Positions 41,160 through 53,029 of a stretch of DNA of 64,000 nucleotides are shown piece by piece. The DNA comes from Batkoa obscura. Its lineage: Eukaryota. The notes beneath the pieces are model-generated. The model saw only the letters and a list, made by a program, of their open reading frames with translations, searched no databases and was not told where the DNA came from. Numbering within the stretch: the first letter of the stretch is position 1; every line of letters starts with the position of its first letter. The DNA is taken from NCBI GenBank assembly GCA_030770535.1, contig JASVEC010000011.1, forward strand, positions 868,001 to 932,000, given 5' to 3'. The position numbers and the translations under genes were made by a program.

Positions 41160-41658
41160 TTTTAATTTTCGAAATTATATTATTGTAAAAAATAGCTTTA
41201 GACCTTACCAAATAAGCTATTTTGATTAAAGTTGTCACCAAGTAACCAAAAGTGTGACTTAAATGTAAGTCATATGTACGCCGATAAAATCTTTGGAATC
41301 ACGGCCAACTCAAAGTCATTTTTTAAGCCGAAGTATTTATTCCGAAATTTTAGTATTTTAGATCAGACTTAATAAAAATAAATATTTACATAATTGACTT
41401 AATTTACTATTGAATAATAATAGTTTCTTCTACTCAAGCATGCGATTTATTATTAGCTGGAAAAACTTTATTTAAAAATGGTTAGAAATTGGAGTTTTTA
41501 AAACTTGATCATTATCCGATTTATAAGTCATATTATCATTAATGATAGCTAAAATGAATGTTATTGGTTGAGCAAACAATATATAAGAATGTTATCATAA
41601 TCAACAAAAAAAAGTAAGTTTTAATTAGCAATAGTAATATTAATACAGACTCAAAAGA

Positions 41659-42372
41659 ATGGATATCTTAATACCCGCTTTTCATCATCAATTAGGGGAG
41701 GAATGTACTAGAAACATATTCAGCGAAGGGATCAATAGCTATTGTTTTAATTTATTTTTATCCAAAATTGTAGGTCTCTCAATCATATTATTCAGTATCT
41801 TTAGTAAGATACCTCAATTAGCTAAGGTGTACCAAACACAAAGTAGTGAAGGGCTTAATGCAGTTTCATTATATATTGAAACTGGAGTACTAACTATCAT
41901 TTCTTGTTATTGCTTTAGAAATCAACAAGGGTTCACTACTTATGGTGATGCAGTATTTGTATTACTTCAAGATATCTTTTTGGTCTCTTTAATATTATTA
42001 GTGAACAAAAAAACTGATCATTTTTTAATGTTTATCTCTATTAATTTAGTAACGAATTATTTGTTTTATTTTGTATTAACTGTAGAGCAGCTTACTCTTT
42101 TTATGATGGCTTTGTTACCCGCTGGTATCTTTGGTGCTTTCCCTCAACTTTATGAAAACTTCAAGAATAAGTCCATAGGTGTACTTTCCCCTTTGACTAT
42201 TTATATCAACTTTTTAAACGCTTTGGGTAGAGTGTTTACTAATTGGATCGAGGTTGATGATACCTTTGCTATTATTGGTTCTGTCATAGGTTTTGTTGTT
42301 AACGTTATTTTTGTTATTCAAGTGTTAACATATTCAAAGACACCTAAAAAACAAAATAAAAAGGATCAATAG
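41659..42372 (+). CDS. PQ-loop protein, MPDU1/Lec35-like
   Basis: LSKIVGLSII, KIPQ and FPQ motifs, SSEGL, FTTYGD, GRVFT; intronless. Confidence 0.85.
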   Translation: MDILIPAFHHQLGEECTRNIFSEGINSYCFNLFLSKIVGLSIILFSIFSKIPQLAKVYQTQSSEGLNAVSLYIETGVLTIISCYCFRNQQGFTTYGDAVFVLLQDIFLVSLILLVNKKTDHFLMFISINLVTNYLFYFVLTVEQLTLFMMALLPAGIFGAFPQLYENFKNKSIGVLSPLTIYINFLNALGRVFTNWIEVDDTFAIIGSVIGFVVNVIFVIQVLTYSKTPKKQNKKDQ

Positions 42373-42440
42373 TTTTTAGGTTCCAGATAGTATCATGATT
42401 TGTTTATTTGTTTTGTTATGTTTTTTATTAATAAAATATA

Positions 42441-44599
42441 TTAAAAGAATAAAAACAAATTAATAGATGCATAGTTTAGGTTATAAATAAGGCAGTAATA
42501 AAATATACTAATAAAAAAAATGATTGACCCAAAAGCTGAGTATCTCCATACTATTCCAACTCAGATGGTCATTTTCTAAAAATTAAAATTAATAAACAAA
42601 GCTAAAGCATAATATATACAATAATATCATTACTGTTTAAATTCAATGCGCTTGAATTTTTCAAACTTGGATTCTCAATGAAAAAAACTTGACTAACTTG
42701 TTCGGCTGCTTTTTTCATTTCTAGTTCATCGTTGGCATCTTTATAAAGGTCGCATTTATCACACTGTCTACAAGGTTCTCCAGGATTAAATCGAAAATGA
42801 TCACAAAAATGACTATACATTTGCTGCTGGATACCTTCTCTACATAAATAACACATGATATATCCTAAATAATTATGATTAAATATTATAGCTAAACATC
42901 TAATTATAAACTTACCACATCGACAAGTCATTTTATTACATCCATCTAATTTAGTAAATGATAAATTACAATTTGGACACTATAAATTAATCATTGAGTT
43001 CACTAATAGTTACTTAAAATTACCGTTCTTTTAACTGCTTCTGCCATTGCAGCTTCCACTTTTAATCTCAGCGCATCCTTCTCATCTTCCATACATTGAT
43101 GGGATAGCAAAGATTGTGTATGGCAAAGTCTACATGAAAGTTTATTACATTCCATATTCCTACATTGGAATAGTCGATTATCCGGCAACTTGATTATTGA
43201 CTCAGGGATATAAGTGATAGGTAAATAATCTAACAAATTAAAGGAGGTGACTTCTGATATTCCAATGACAGTTAGCACAGTTAATAAAATCCTCAAAGAT
43301 AATAAAACAGGATAAAACAAAAATAATCCTCTTTTCATAGGTTCAATTATTGTGATTAATAAACCCAACTTAAAAAAGTTTAACCAATTTAATAATCTGA
43401 TACGCTTAGGATTATCAATCTCGACATAACGACAAAATGGACACCTTACTAAAGGCAATTTACTTGATTCCAATTCTAACTCCAATTTAGTATTAAAATA
43501 AGACTCTAATAGGTCTGATTTTAATATTCTTTTTAATTCTAATTCTGATATCTTTTCTTTACATCCACTAATATCTATACAACTAATATATCCTTTTTCT
43601 TTAAAATCACTTTGTCCATATATGGTTTCACTAACATATCTATTGACACACTCAATACAAAATAAATGACCTTTGGTGCATTGGCATAGCTCTTCAAAAG
43701 TAAAATCGGTATAACAACACTGACATGAGATAACTTGATTTTCTTTAGCATATTGCTCTTGATTTAATCTTACAGCGTATTCCTTATCAAGCTGTACAAT
43801 ACTTTTTTTGTCTTTGTTTTCCATTTGGTTTATTTGCTGAAGTAATTCAAAAGTATACATTGAAGGCTCATCTATTTTGTCTCTGTTCACCATCATTCCA
43901 ATTAATGAGCTCATCCATGTATGATTACTATTTAACTGAGTTAGTCTATCATAACTTGCTAAAAAATCATGGTTGGTCTCCGCTAAAATAGCTCGTATCG
44001 TTGATCTAGGGGTTTTTGGAAATAAATTGTATAATCGATTCTTTGCTCCCACTGCATAAGATTCTGAGCGAAAATAATCCTTTTTATCGATTTTGTTAAA
44101 ATCTTTTCTTTTTAAATATTTTCCGTTATACTTTAATAGTCTATCCACTGCTTCATAGATAACACTATGTCGACTACTTATTATTATTTCCCTTATTATA
44201 CCAACTTCAACGTCCGGAAACAATTCATTAATAATTTCCAAATAATAGTTTCGAGTAGCTGAACAATATGGTGTTAAACTTAAGCTTTTTGGCACTGTGG
44301 GGTAATGGGAATAATTCAAATTGAAAAACTTATCGCATATCCTTTCCACATGTCTATCCTTATAGTAACTACAACAATATTCTAAATAATAGGGATCTAT
44401 AAAAATGACTAAGCTTATGTAATTTCAATAAATACTTCATTTTACCACAATCCGGAAATATTTCAATCAGCTCCTTGATTTGCTTTGGATACTTGCTCTT
44501 TTCGATATCATACCTTTTGCCGTTTTTTGATGTGACATAGTTATTACTAGTTGAGCTAGAAATGTGCTGGGAAACTATTTTACCGAGGTTATTCCACAT
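42441..44599 (-). CDS. RBR (RING-IBR-RING) E3 ubiquitin ligase, RNF216/TRIAD3-like
   Basis: CQCCY..C..GHLFCIEC RING1, RCPFC...QCRNMEC..SCRLC IBR, CPNC..KLDGCNKMTCRCG RING2, YSHFCDH; 3' end uncertain. Confidence 0.82.
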
Positions 44600-44868
44600 T
44601 TTTAGTTGCCTTTATTAGCTATTATTTTAATAATAGGTTATTTCCTAAAACACAAAAAAACATCAGTTGGCATTTCTAATTTCAATTTATTTAGCTTTTT
44701 GCAATGAAAACTCTAAAGCTTGAACTACCAAAATGACTTAACCCAAAATTAATTGCCCTTGCTAAGCTTATTTTTAAAACTTTGAGAGCCAATCAGAGCC
44801 AAATCAACTTGATAAGAATAAGTAACGTAGCTACTGTTCTCTTTATTTTTCTTATATTTGTTGCAACA

Positions 44869-46100
44869 ATGCAATCAGTTCATAATATGTTTCATGGAGT
44901 TAGGGAGTACTTGAATCCCTTACTTAAAGATTCCAAGTTTATTGAAGAGGGCGTATTGACTCCAGAGGAGGTAATTATAATAGAGTTTAAATTAGATAAA
45001 TTTCTGATTTAAGTTTAGTTTGTAGCCGCTGGTGATTATTTAGTTTTTAAATTTCCAACATGGCAGTGGTAAGTGGTAGAATTAAGCGTTGAAATTTTAA
45101 ACTTATTAACATGCTTTTTTGACAGGGAGGCAGGCGAAGAGTCAAAGAGACGAGAATATCTTCCAGCTGATAAGCAATTTTTGATCACTAGAAATGGTAA
45201 GTAGATTGTTAAAGCAAATTAGATTTATTAATTTTTTAGTTCCTTGTTTAAGAAGGGCTGGAGATATGGCATATGCTGATGATAACTTTGATGAAAAAGG
45301 TGATTTAGAAGGTGATGAGGGCTGGGTCGCGGCTTTTCAAGGTTCAGGTAATTTTATTTGCAATGATTGATAATAATAAAATTAAATCTTTAATTAGATG
45401 GTCAAAAAGCGTTAAATAAAATAATCATCGACATTGAAGATGAAGACGATAGCGAGCCTATTGATGTAACAAACAGGATCAATAATTTAAATATCAACGA
45501 GCAGGAGGACAAGGAGGAGGACAAAGCGCCATCGGATTTGGATGATATTCCAGATATTGATGATGAGATTGAAGAAGCTGAAATTGTAACAGAGTATATA
45601 TATTCATTAAATATTAACTAACAATATAGACTACAAGTAAAGAAGATAGTAGAGTCGAAAATGAGGTTAAAGAAGATAACCCTGAGTCCAATCTGTTACT
45701 AACGCGTACCTATGATTTAAGTATAACTTATGACAAATATTATCGCACGCCTAGAATTTGGTTATATGGATATGATGAGGACAGAGTTCCTTTGGAATCA
45801 AAGCAAGTACTTGAGGATATCTCTCAAGAGCATGCTAATAAAACCGTAACTATTGACCCACATCCACATCTCCCTGTTGTGCTTGCGTCCATCCATCCAT
45901 GTAAACATGCATCGGTTATGAAGAAATTGATTGAGGTATCAACGAATGCTAATAAGGAAGTTCGGGTTGATCAGTAATTTTTTGTTTTATTTATGATGAA
46001 TTTGAGCTAATTTTTAAACAGGTATATGTTGATCTTTTTAAAGTTTATTTCTTGTGTGTTACCTACAATTGAATATGATTATACTGCATCTGCAGACTAA
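44869..46100 (+). CDS. ATG3: Autophagy E2-like enzyme Atg3 (multi-exon)
   Basis: [58 protein letters not shown]. Confidence 0.95.
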
Positions 46101-46907
46101 TTGAGTTGATTTTCAGTTAGTTACTTTTACTCTTTATTTATATTTTGAGTATTAAATTATTTTTAGTGTTAGCTTTTAGTATTTGTTTTATGTTTTGTGT
46201 TTTAGATGGGTTATGTTTTATTTTAATATCTGATCTAGTGTTTTTCTATTTTTTTTTTAGTACTCATCCAAAAGAACGGCTTTGTTTATTTAAACATACA
46301 AAGTATCAAGGAAGATAATAATTGGGCTTTTGACAGCTTCCCTATTTTTATTAAAATAATGAAGCATTTCGTTTAAATGGTTTTCTATTATTCCTTTTTT
46401 AGATGTTTGGTTTTAATTTATATTCTGTAAAATTAAAATAATAACTCTTTTGATAACAAATGATGACGAAAACAATCTACATACCGCTTTAATTGTTAAA
46501 GCCAATTTAAAATAAAAATTGTTTAGTTAAGTCAGTTTACAATAGTTACAACAATCATATAGCATTACATTCTTTTTTATTTGATTAGTAATTCAAAGTA
46601 AAAATTTATCAATTGATCAAAATTGAAAGAATAACAATAATTATAATAATAACTTATTGTTTAAAATCAAGTGTTATTATCGAAAGATGTAGAAAAAATA
46701 GAGATACATAGCATCGTAATATCATAGTTCGATTTTAGAAGTAAATAATAATGTGTAATAAAATTATGAAACCACTCTAAAAGATTTTACTTTTTATTGA
46801 ATGGTTTTATTTTTCATGTCACGGGAAAACAATGATATGAAAACACAGATAACAAATAAAAAGTATAAATAGCATCAATTTGAACATTTTATCTTTATCT
46901 CTTTAAA

Positions 46908-47999
46908 ATGGTAAATATTATTAATGGTAATAAAATGAGCTATGTAATTAAAAAACAAAACTGATTTTTCCCTAAGTTGGATGTGGCGCAGTTGGAGCTT
47001 TATACTCATCAAGACTAGCAAAAAATGAGCAAGTAAATATGTATGCGATAGTCCGCTCCGGGTACAATGTAATTCAAGAAAACGGATTCCAAATCAAATC
47101 AAAAACATTCAAAGATTACCAATTTAAGCCAGCAAAAGGTAATATGAATTATTGACTATAAATCGTACTTTATCAAATGTTAACTTTATTTAGTCTTTTC
47201 AAGCATAGAAGAAGCCTCAAAAGATAGCATAGCCTTTGATTATGTGTTAATAACTCTTAAAGCATTACCAGATCAATATGATATTCCTAAAATGATTGAG
47301 CCATTGATCTCTAGTAATACAACTATAGTAGTAGTTCAAAATGGAATTGATATTGAACCCCCTTATAAAGAAAAGTATCCCAACAATTTATTAGTCGGTT
47401 GTGTAGCTAATGTGGCAGTAACTCAAACAGAGCCAGGTATTATTGACGAAGCTGGAAGAAGTATAATAAGTTTAAGTACGTTTAATACTACTAAAAAATC
47501 AAATCCAAATGAGTTACCAAATGAACCAGAGTTACTCCAACTTATAAAATTGTTTAGAGATGGGGATGTAGAAATTCAACTAGTGCCGGATATCACCATT
47601 GTACGATGGAATAAAATAATTTGGAATGGTTCATTTTCACCAATCTGCATATTAAGCGGAGGATGCCATACGCTAAATATACATCAGGATAAAGAGGGAG
47701 AAGATTTAGTAAGAAGATCGATGCAAGAAATATTTGATTTAGCAGAAGCGGTTATTGGAGGTAAGTTTCCAGAGTGGGTACCAGAGCACACTGTTGAAGG
47801 GTATTTAAGTAGAAGCTACGGGATGGCATATAAGCCTAGCTTGTTAATCGACTATGAAAGAAAAAATAAGTTAGAGCTGGAGGCTACGTTAGGTAATATG
47901 ATTAGAAAAGCAAAAGAGATTAATCACCCGGTACCGCTTTGTGAAGCTTATTATATTTTGTTGAAGTTGGCTGATTTGAAAAATAGAGGGGCTATTTAA
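46908..47999 (+). CDS. 2-dehydropantoate 2-reductase (PanE/ApbA family)
   Basis: GCGAVG nucleotide-binding motif, TLKALP, QNGIDIE, RWNKIIWN, YKPSLLID, ELEA. Confidence 0.88.
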
Positions 48000-48807
48000 A
48001 TAAAATTGTGTAATGAAATTTTGAGGGTTGCCTTAATTTTTTAATGTCTGTGTATATTGTTTTTGAGTTATTGAGTATAAATTAAGTCTATTCATATGTC
48101 AGTAAATTTATTGTCAATATGCTGCATCCTTGACTTTAATTCTTATTTTGGTATTAATTTATACTAACTTCTCTATTTTACATATTTATTTTAAAGTAAT
48201 ATTGGCTATTGCTTATAAAGTATCAATTTATTATAGCTAAAAATTTACTACAAGATATTTAATAGTAGCAATGATGATAGTATCAAATAAATTATAAAAA
48301 AATTACTGATCTCAAGTCAAATTCTAACTTTATGAGAATTAGTAATTAGAGATATTTTTTTAGAGATCAATTTTAACGTAAAAGGTAACTCAGTTCCTTG
48401 GTCTTGGTGATACAAAACCAAAGTAGCTTTTAAAAGTAGAAAAAAAAGAATAGAGGGACTGTGTTATCAAATAGAATGAAAGTAACTTTCAATCAATGTA
48501 TTAATGCTAATATATTCTTCAAATGCTAATATAAAAGAATAAGTTGATTTTAAAGTTCTCTGGAAATATTAATTAAGTTAATTTAAGTTTTAACAATGAT
48601 TGACTAAATATAGGCTTTATTAGGCCATTTTAAATTTGACAAAAAAAAAATTCGAAAAAATGGGGTATTTTCTTAAACATAATTAAAATGGGTAACCTTG
48701 TCAAGTCTATATTCTTATAAATAAGACTAAAATCCGAGATAAATACCTATTTTTTTTAAAACATTTTGTAAGCTGGTCTTATTTTATTTGACATACAATC
48801 TTTCACT

Positions 48808-50559
48808 ATGGCCCACTTTCGACTAACTTTGCAAGGCAAACATCGACCTTATGATTTAGGAGGCAGTCAAAGCCCATTAGGAACTTCAGAAAAGTCTGAG
48901 ATCAACCTATTCAATCAAGAAAGTAAAAAACAAGAATTGATAAAACAAATAGAAGATAGTTCTATGAATCGATTTCATATTAAACTAGTATTAGTTTCGG
49001 GTTTGGGGTTCCTAATAGACTCTTATCATCTATCTCTGTTCACTTTCATTATTCCAATGCTAAAATTTATTTATTACCCAGAGATGGATCGCTTTCCTTA
49101 TTGCTGGGAAGTTGTTGTACGGTTCTCAATTTTAGTAGGTATGAGTTAATATTTACTAGTAGCGGGTGTTGATTACTAATTGTTATTTAGGAGTCATAAT
49201 TGGACTACTTTACTTTGGTTATATGGCTGATTGTTATGGTCGTAAAAAGGTAGTGAGAATACTTCAACTATAACTAAAATGTTAATAATTTATTTTAATT
49301 AGATATATGCAATCACAACTTCAATTACAATGATTGGTTCACTTGGATGCTGTTTCTGTTCAAATACACTGCGAGGGATTAATGTCTTAGACGGTTTAAC
49401 GTTTTGGCAATTTATAGTTGGTGTAGGAATTGGTGGAGATTTTGTTATATCTGGATTAATTGCAATTGAGTTTTCACCATTAAATTTAAGAGGAAGTATG
49501 ATAGCAAGCTCATTTATATTTTATAGTTTTGGTAACTTAACTGGTGGTACTTTAACACATGTAATACTGTATATTTATAAAGATGCCATCAACAAAGATA
49601 TCTTTATCCTTGATAATGTATGGCGCATATTGACCTTATTTGGAGCTTTATTGTCTTTACTTTCTTTACTAATTCGATGCACTATTCCAGAAACTTTAAG
49701 ATATACTTTACAAGTAAAGCAGAATTTTCTAAATGGCATAAAAACAATACAACGAGTATTCAAAACTAATTTAAAAAATACCACTTATGAAGATAAATTG
49801 AAAATCCAGCTTAGTGAATTAATGACCTCTTCATTCAATTTGTCTTCATTTCAACCTAATTATCCCACTCTTAGAGAGGTGATTGAATTTATAAGAAGAG
49901 ATGTTAAAAACATAAAATTGATCCTGTTTTTGAGCTTATCTTGGTTTACCCTGGATTTTGCATATGCAGGCACTACATTAAATAATTCGGGGATTTTGAG
50001 CTATTTAGGGTATTCCGATGAAACTTCTGGTTATTTGACATTACAGCATGTAGCATTGGGGAATATTATGTTAACTTTAATGGGAGGTATACCGGGGGTT
50101 ATATTATCCGCCATAATTATTGATAGAGTTGGTAGAGTGCGGTTGCAAAAAATTTGTTTCTTTATGTTAATAATCATTTATATTATTCTAAGTGCTGTAT
50201 TTTATTTTCTAAATAATGACACTCCAAAATCGATCTTATCCATCATACTCTTTTCATTAGCCCGGTTTTTTATTAATTTAGGGCCTAATATTACAATTTT
50301 GATTTTAGCTTTAGAATCTTTTCCTACCAGATACCGTGGATTATGTTTAGCAATCCCAGCTTCCTTTGGGAAACTGGGTTCCATTTTCTCACAGATAAGC
50401 TTTATCAACTTTGAGGACAATCCAGTCAATTTTCCATTACTTTTATTTATTTGTACTATTGTTATGATGCTCGGTTTCTTAGTTTCATTATCTTTAAAAG
50501 AAACAAAAAATTTATCATTACCAGAAAATTCAATGAATACTCTGTTACATGAAGCTTGA
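48808..50559 (+). CDS. MFS transporter, divergent PHO84/PHS family (3 exons)
   Basis: SGLGFLIDSY, ADCYGRKK, GVGIGGDF, IPETLRY, WFTLD, NLGPN, FPTRYR, GKLG. Confidence 0.8.
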
Positions 50560-50954
50560 TAGTATTTTAGTTAAGTTCATAGATGTTAATTTTATTAATA
50601 AAGAGTTGAATTAAACGTACAAGTTGCTAATTTTTTAAAAATACTGAATATTTGTCTTTACTATTTTTAAATAATATGTTAATAGCTACTACATAACCTT
50701 ATCACAGTTATACTTGTATATAAGTTCTAGTGGTTTTGTACTTTGCTATTGCATTTATGAGCCAACTTCATAGTAAATATTTTCATTAAAACATATAGTG
50801 GTTTTGAAATTTAAAGTGATGATAGTACTCATTCAACCGCTTATATTTTAAATTTAATGTAATATTAAATATTGAGGTTTGAATAATATAAGAACATTAT
50901 AATAATTAAAATATGAATTCAATCTTTTTATTTTTTATTTTATTTTATTTTCTA

Positions 50955-52179
50955 ATGTCACTCAAATTCGACCAATTGCCAGACATTTTGTTAGAAGAGG
51001 TATTTAAGCTATTAAACTCAAATGAATTGTTCAGTTATTGTTTTTTAAATAAGTATTTGTTTAAAATTATCAACTATATTATCAAATACAATTTAACTTA
51101 TTCAGTTTATTATTTTGGAGGAATACAAAAATTATCAAAAGGAGTTTATAGAAGAAAATAGGTTGTTGATGAAGCATGCTATTATGGAATTAGAGCCTAG
51201 TAAATATTTAAATTGCTGCCTAAATTTGAGATCTATAGGGTTTTATGGTATTAATAATAGTATTAATAATGGTATTAATAATAATAACAGTGAGACCAAT
51301 AATAGTGAAATTTATGATAGTATTACAGAAATAAGAATCGAATTACCAGAGCTAAAGGAATTAGATATATTTACTCCAAGCTATATAGACTCACTAGGTT
51401 TGGAAGTTATTTAAATCAAATTAAAGGGTCTGAAATAGTTATTAAAGATTTACTTAAAGACTTCAACCCAAATAAATTAAAATCACTTAGAATATGCTCA
51501 AAGTACAATTTGTATCTTGTATTTGATATTAATTGTCTTGAAGATTTAAGGAAATTAAAAAGTGTAAAGCTGATGAGTAAAGGTAGCGAATTTTCTAGAA
51601 TAAATAATAACAACAATAACAATAATAACAATAATAACAATAATAACAATAATAACAATAATAACAATAATAACAATAATAACAATAATAACATAAAGTT
51701 GTTTGGAAGCAGTAGCATTGTAGCTTTAGGTTGTTTTAATTTTAAATATCCAGGCAATCATGAGTTTATGAGGCTATCAACTTTGAAGGAAATACATATT
51801 CAGCATTTATTTGTAGAATTACTAAAACCTATATCTTTACTATTTAATATTTGGAAAGTTCAAATAGACAATTATGGTAGAATTGAGAAACATATAATTG
51901 AATCCGTTGTTGAAAGTAATTTATTTAAATATAAGTTTATAAAATATCTTAAAATAAGGTGTTTTAGAGACTCATTTAAAGGTCTTATGTATCTTATCTT
52001 TGTTCCTAAACCTCGAAATACTTAAAGTTAATTATGATTGCAAATTATTTGGTTATAATCATGAACAAATGGATTATAATCTTAGCACTCCATTATTGAT
52101 TATTGCATTTAAAAGGGATACAAAGCTTCATAATATTCTTGTACAAAATCCATTGATAAATTATTACGTTTTGGGCTAA
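50955..52179 (+). pseudogene. F-box/LRR-like family copy E, frameshifted
   Basis: MSLKFDQLPDILLEEVFKLLNSNELF; colinear with 53030-54376 over several frames; ends LINYYVLG*. Confidence 0.8.
51603..51692 (+). repeat. (AATAATAAC)n-type microsatellite reading as ~30 Asn
   Basis: Direct tandem repeat. Confidence 0.95.
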
Positions 52180-52184
52180 AACAA

Positions 52185-52232
52185 TATAAACTCATGCCTA
52201 TATAATAATTATTATATAGGCATGAGTTTATA
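52185..52232. repeat. Perfect 48-bp palindrome
   Basis: tataaactcatgcctatataataa|ttattatataggcatgagtttata. Confidence 0.95.
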
Positions 52233-52246
52233 ATACTTTTATATAT

Positions 52247-52344
52247 GAGGATGTATTTTGTGTTTAAGGATTTTACTAACAATCTTTTGGCTCAAAACAG
52301 CACTTAAAAAATGGAAAAAAATGATGAAATCAAAAAAAATTCCC
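52247..52344 (+). mobile_element. MITE family 1 copy
   Basis: atat-gaggatgtatttt...aaaaattccc-atat. Confidence 0.85.
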
Positions 52345-53029
52345 ATATACTGCTTGCTTTTTATTTTAACAAAAAGTATGAATTTTAACTTTAAATACTT
52401 TTTGTTTTTATACTATGAAAGTGATAACTATTTGTATAATAAATCACTGATATTTGTAATATGTTTGGATATTAATTAATGTACTACAAAATAATAATTT
52501 TTAAAAGAACTTTAATATAAATTCAATAATATTATAAAGAACATAAAACTAAAAAGCAATATAGCAGATAAAGAAAAGTCATGTAAGCTATTTTTATCAA
52601 ATTACTATTGAATTCAATAAACATTCAGTTACATGAAGTGGGTTGATGTATTAACTCTATTTATTCAAATCAAATTTATATATGAAGGTTAAGTTAAAAC
52701 CATAAAAAGGTAGATTTATTATGATAATAATAATTGCTTTATTTGATTGTAGAAAATAGAATACTATTTAATATATAACCCTTTGACTAATATACTATAC
52801 ATTATTTTTGTTATTTACCACTTTAATAAATAGATTTATTCCAAGTTTCAAATTATTAAGTGAGTAAAACAACAAAAATAATTGGACACTTTGTAACTAC
52901 AAAATTAATAATACTAGTATTTGACCAATAAACTCTAAATTTTTATAATAAATTTGAATAATATAAGAACATAACATATATTGAGTAGAAAAAAAAAGTA
53001 TCTTCCCTTTTCATTAGTTAACTTTTAAA

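Noticed and set aside
7545..47999. ILV3 plus ketopantoate reductase as a pantothenate cluster, or ATG15/ATG3/LRO1/SEC5 as an autophagy-lipid cluster
   Set aside because: The genes are many kb apart with unrelated genes between; no evidence of coordinated clustering
39957..52479. ORFs 39957-40145, 52258-52479 and the start of 31046-31282
   Set aside because: They are translations of MITE sequence
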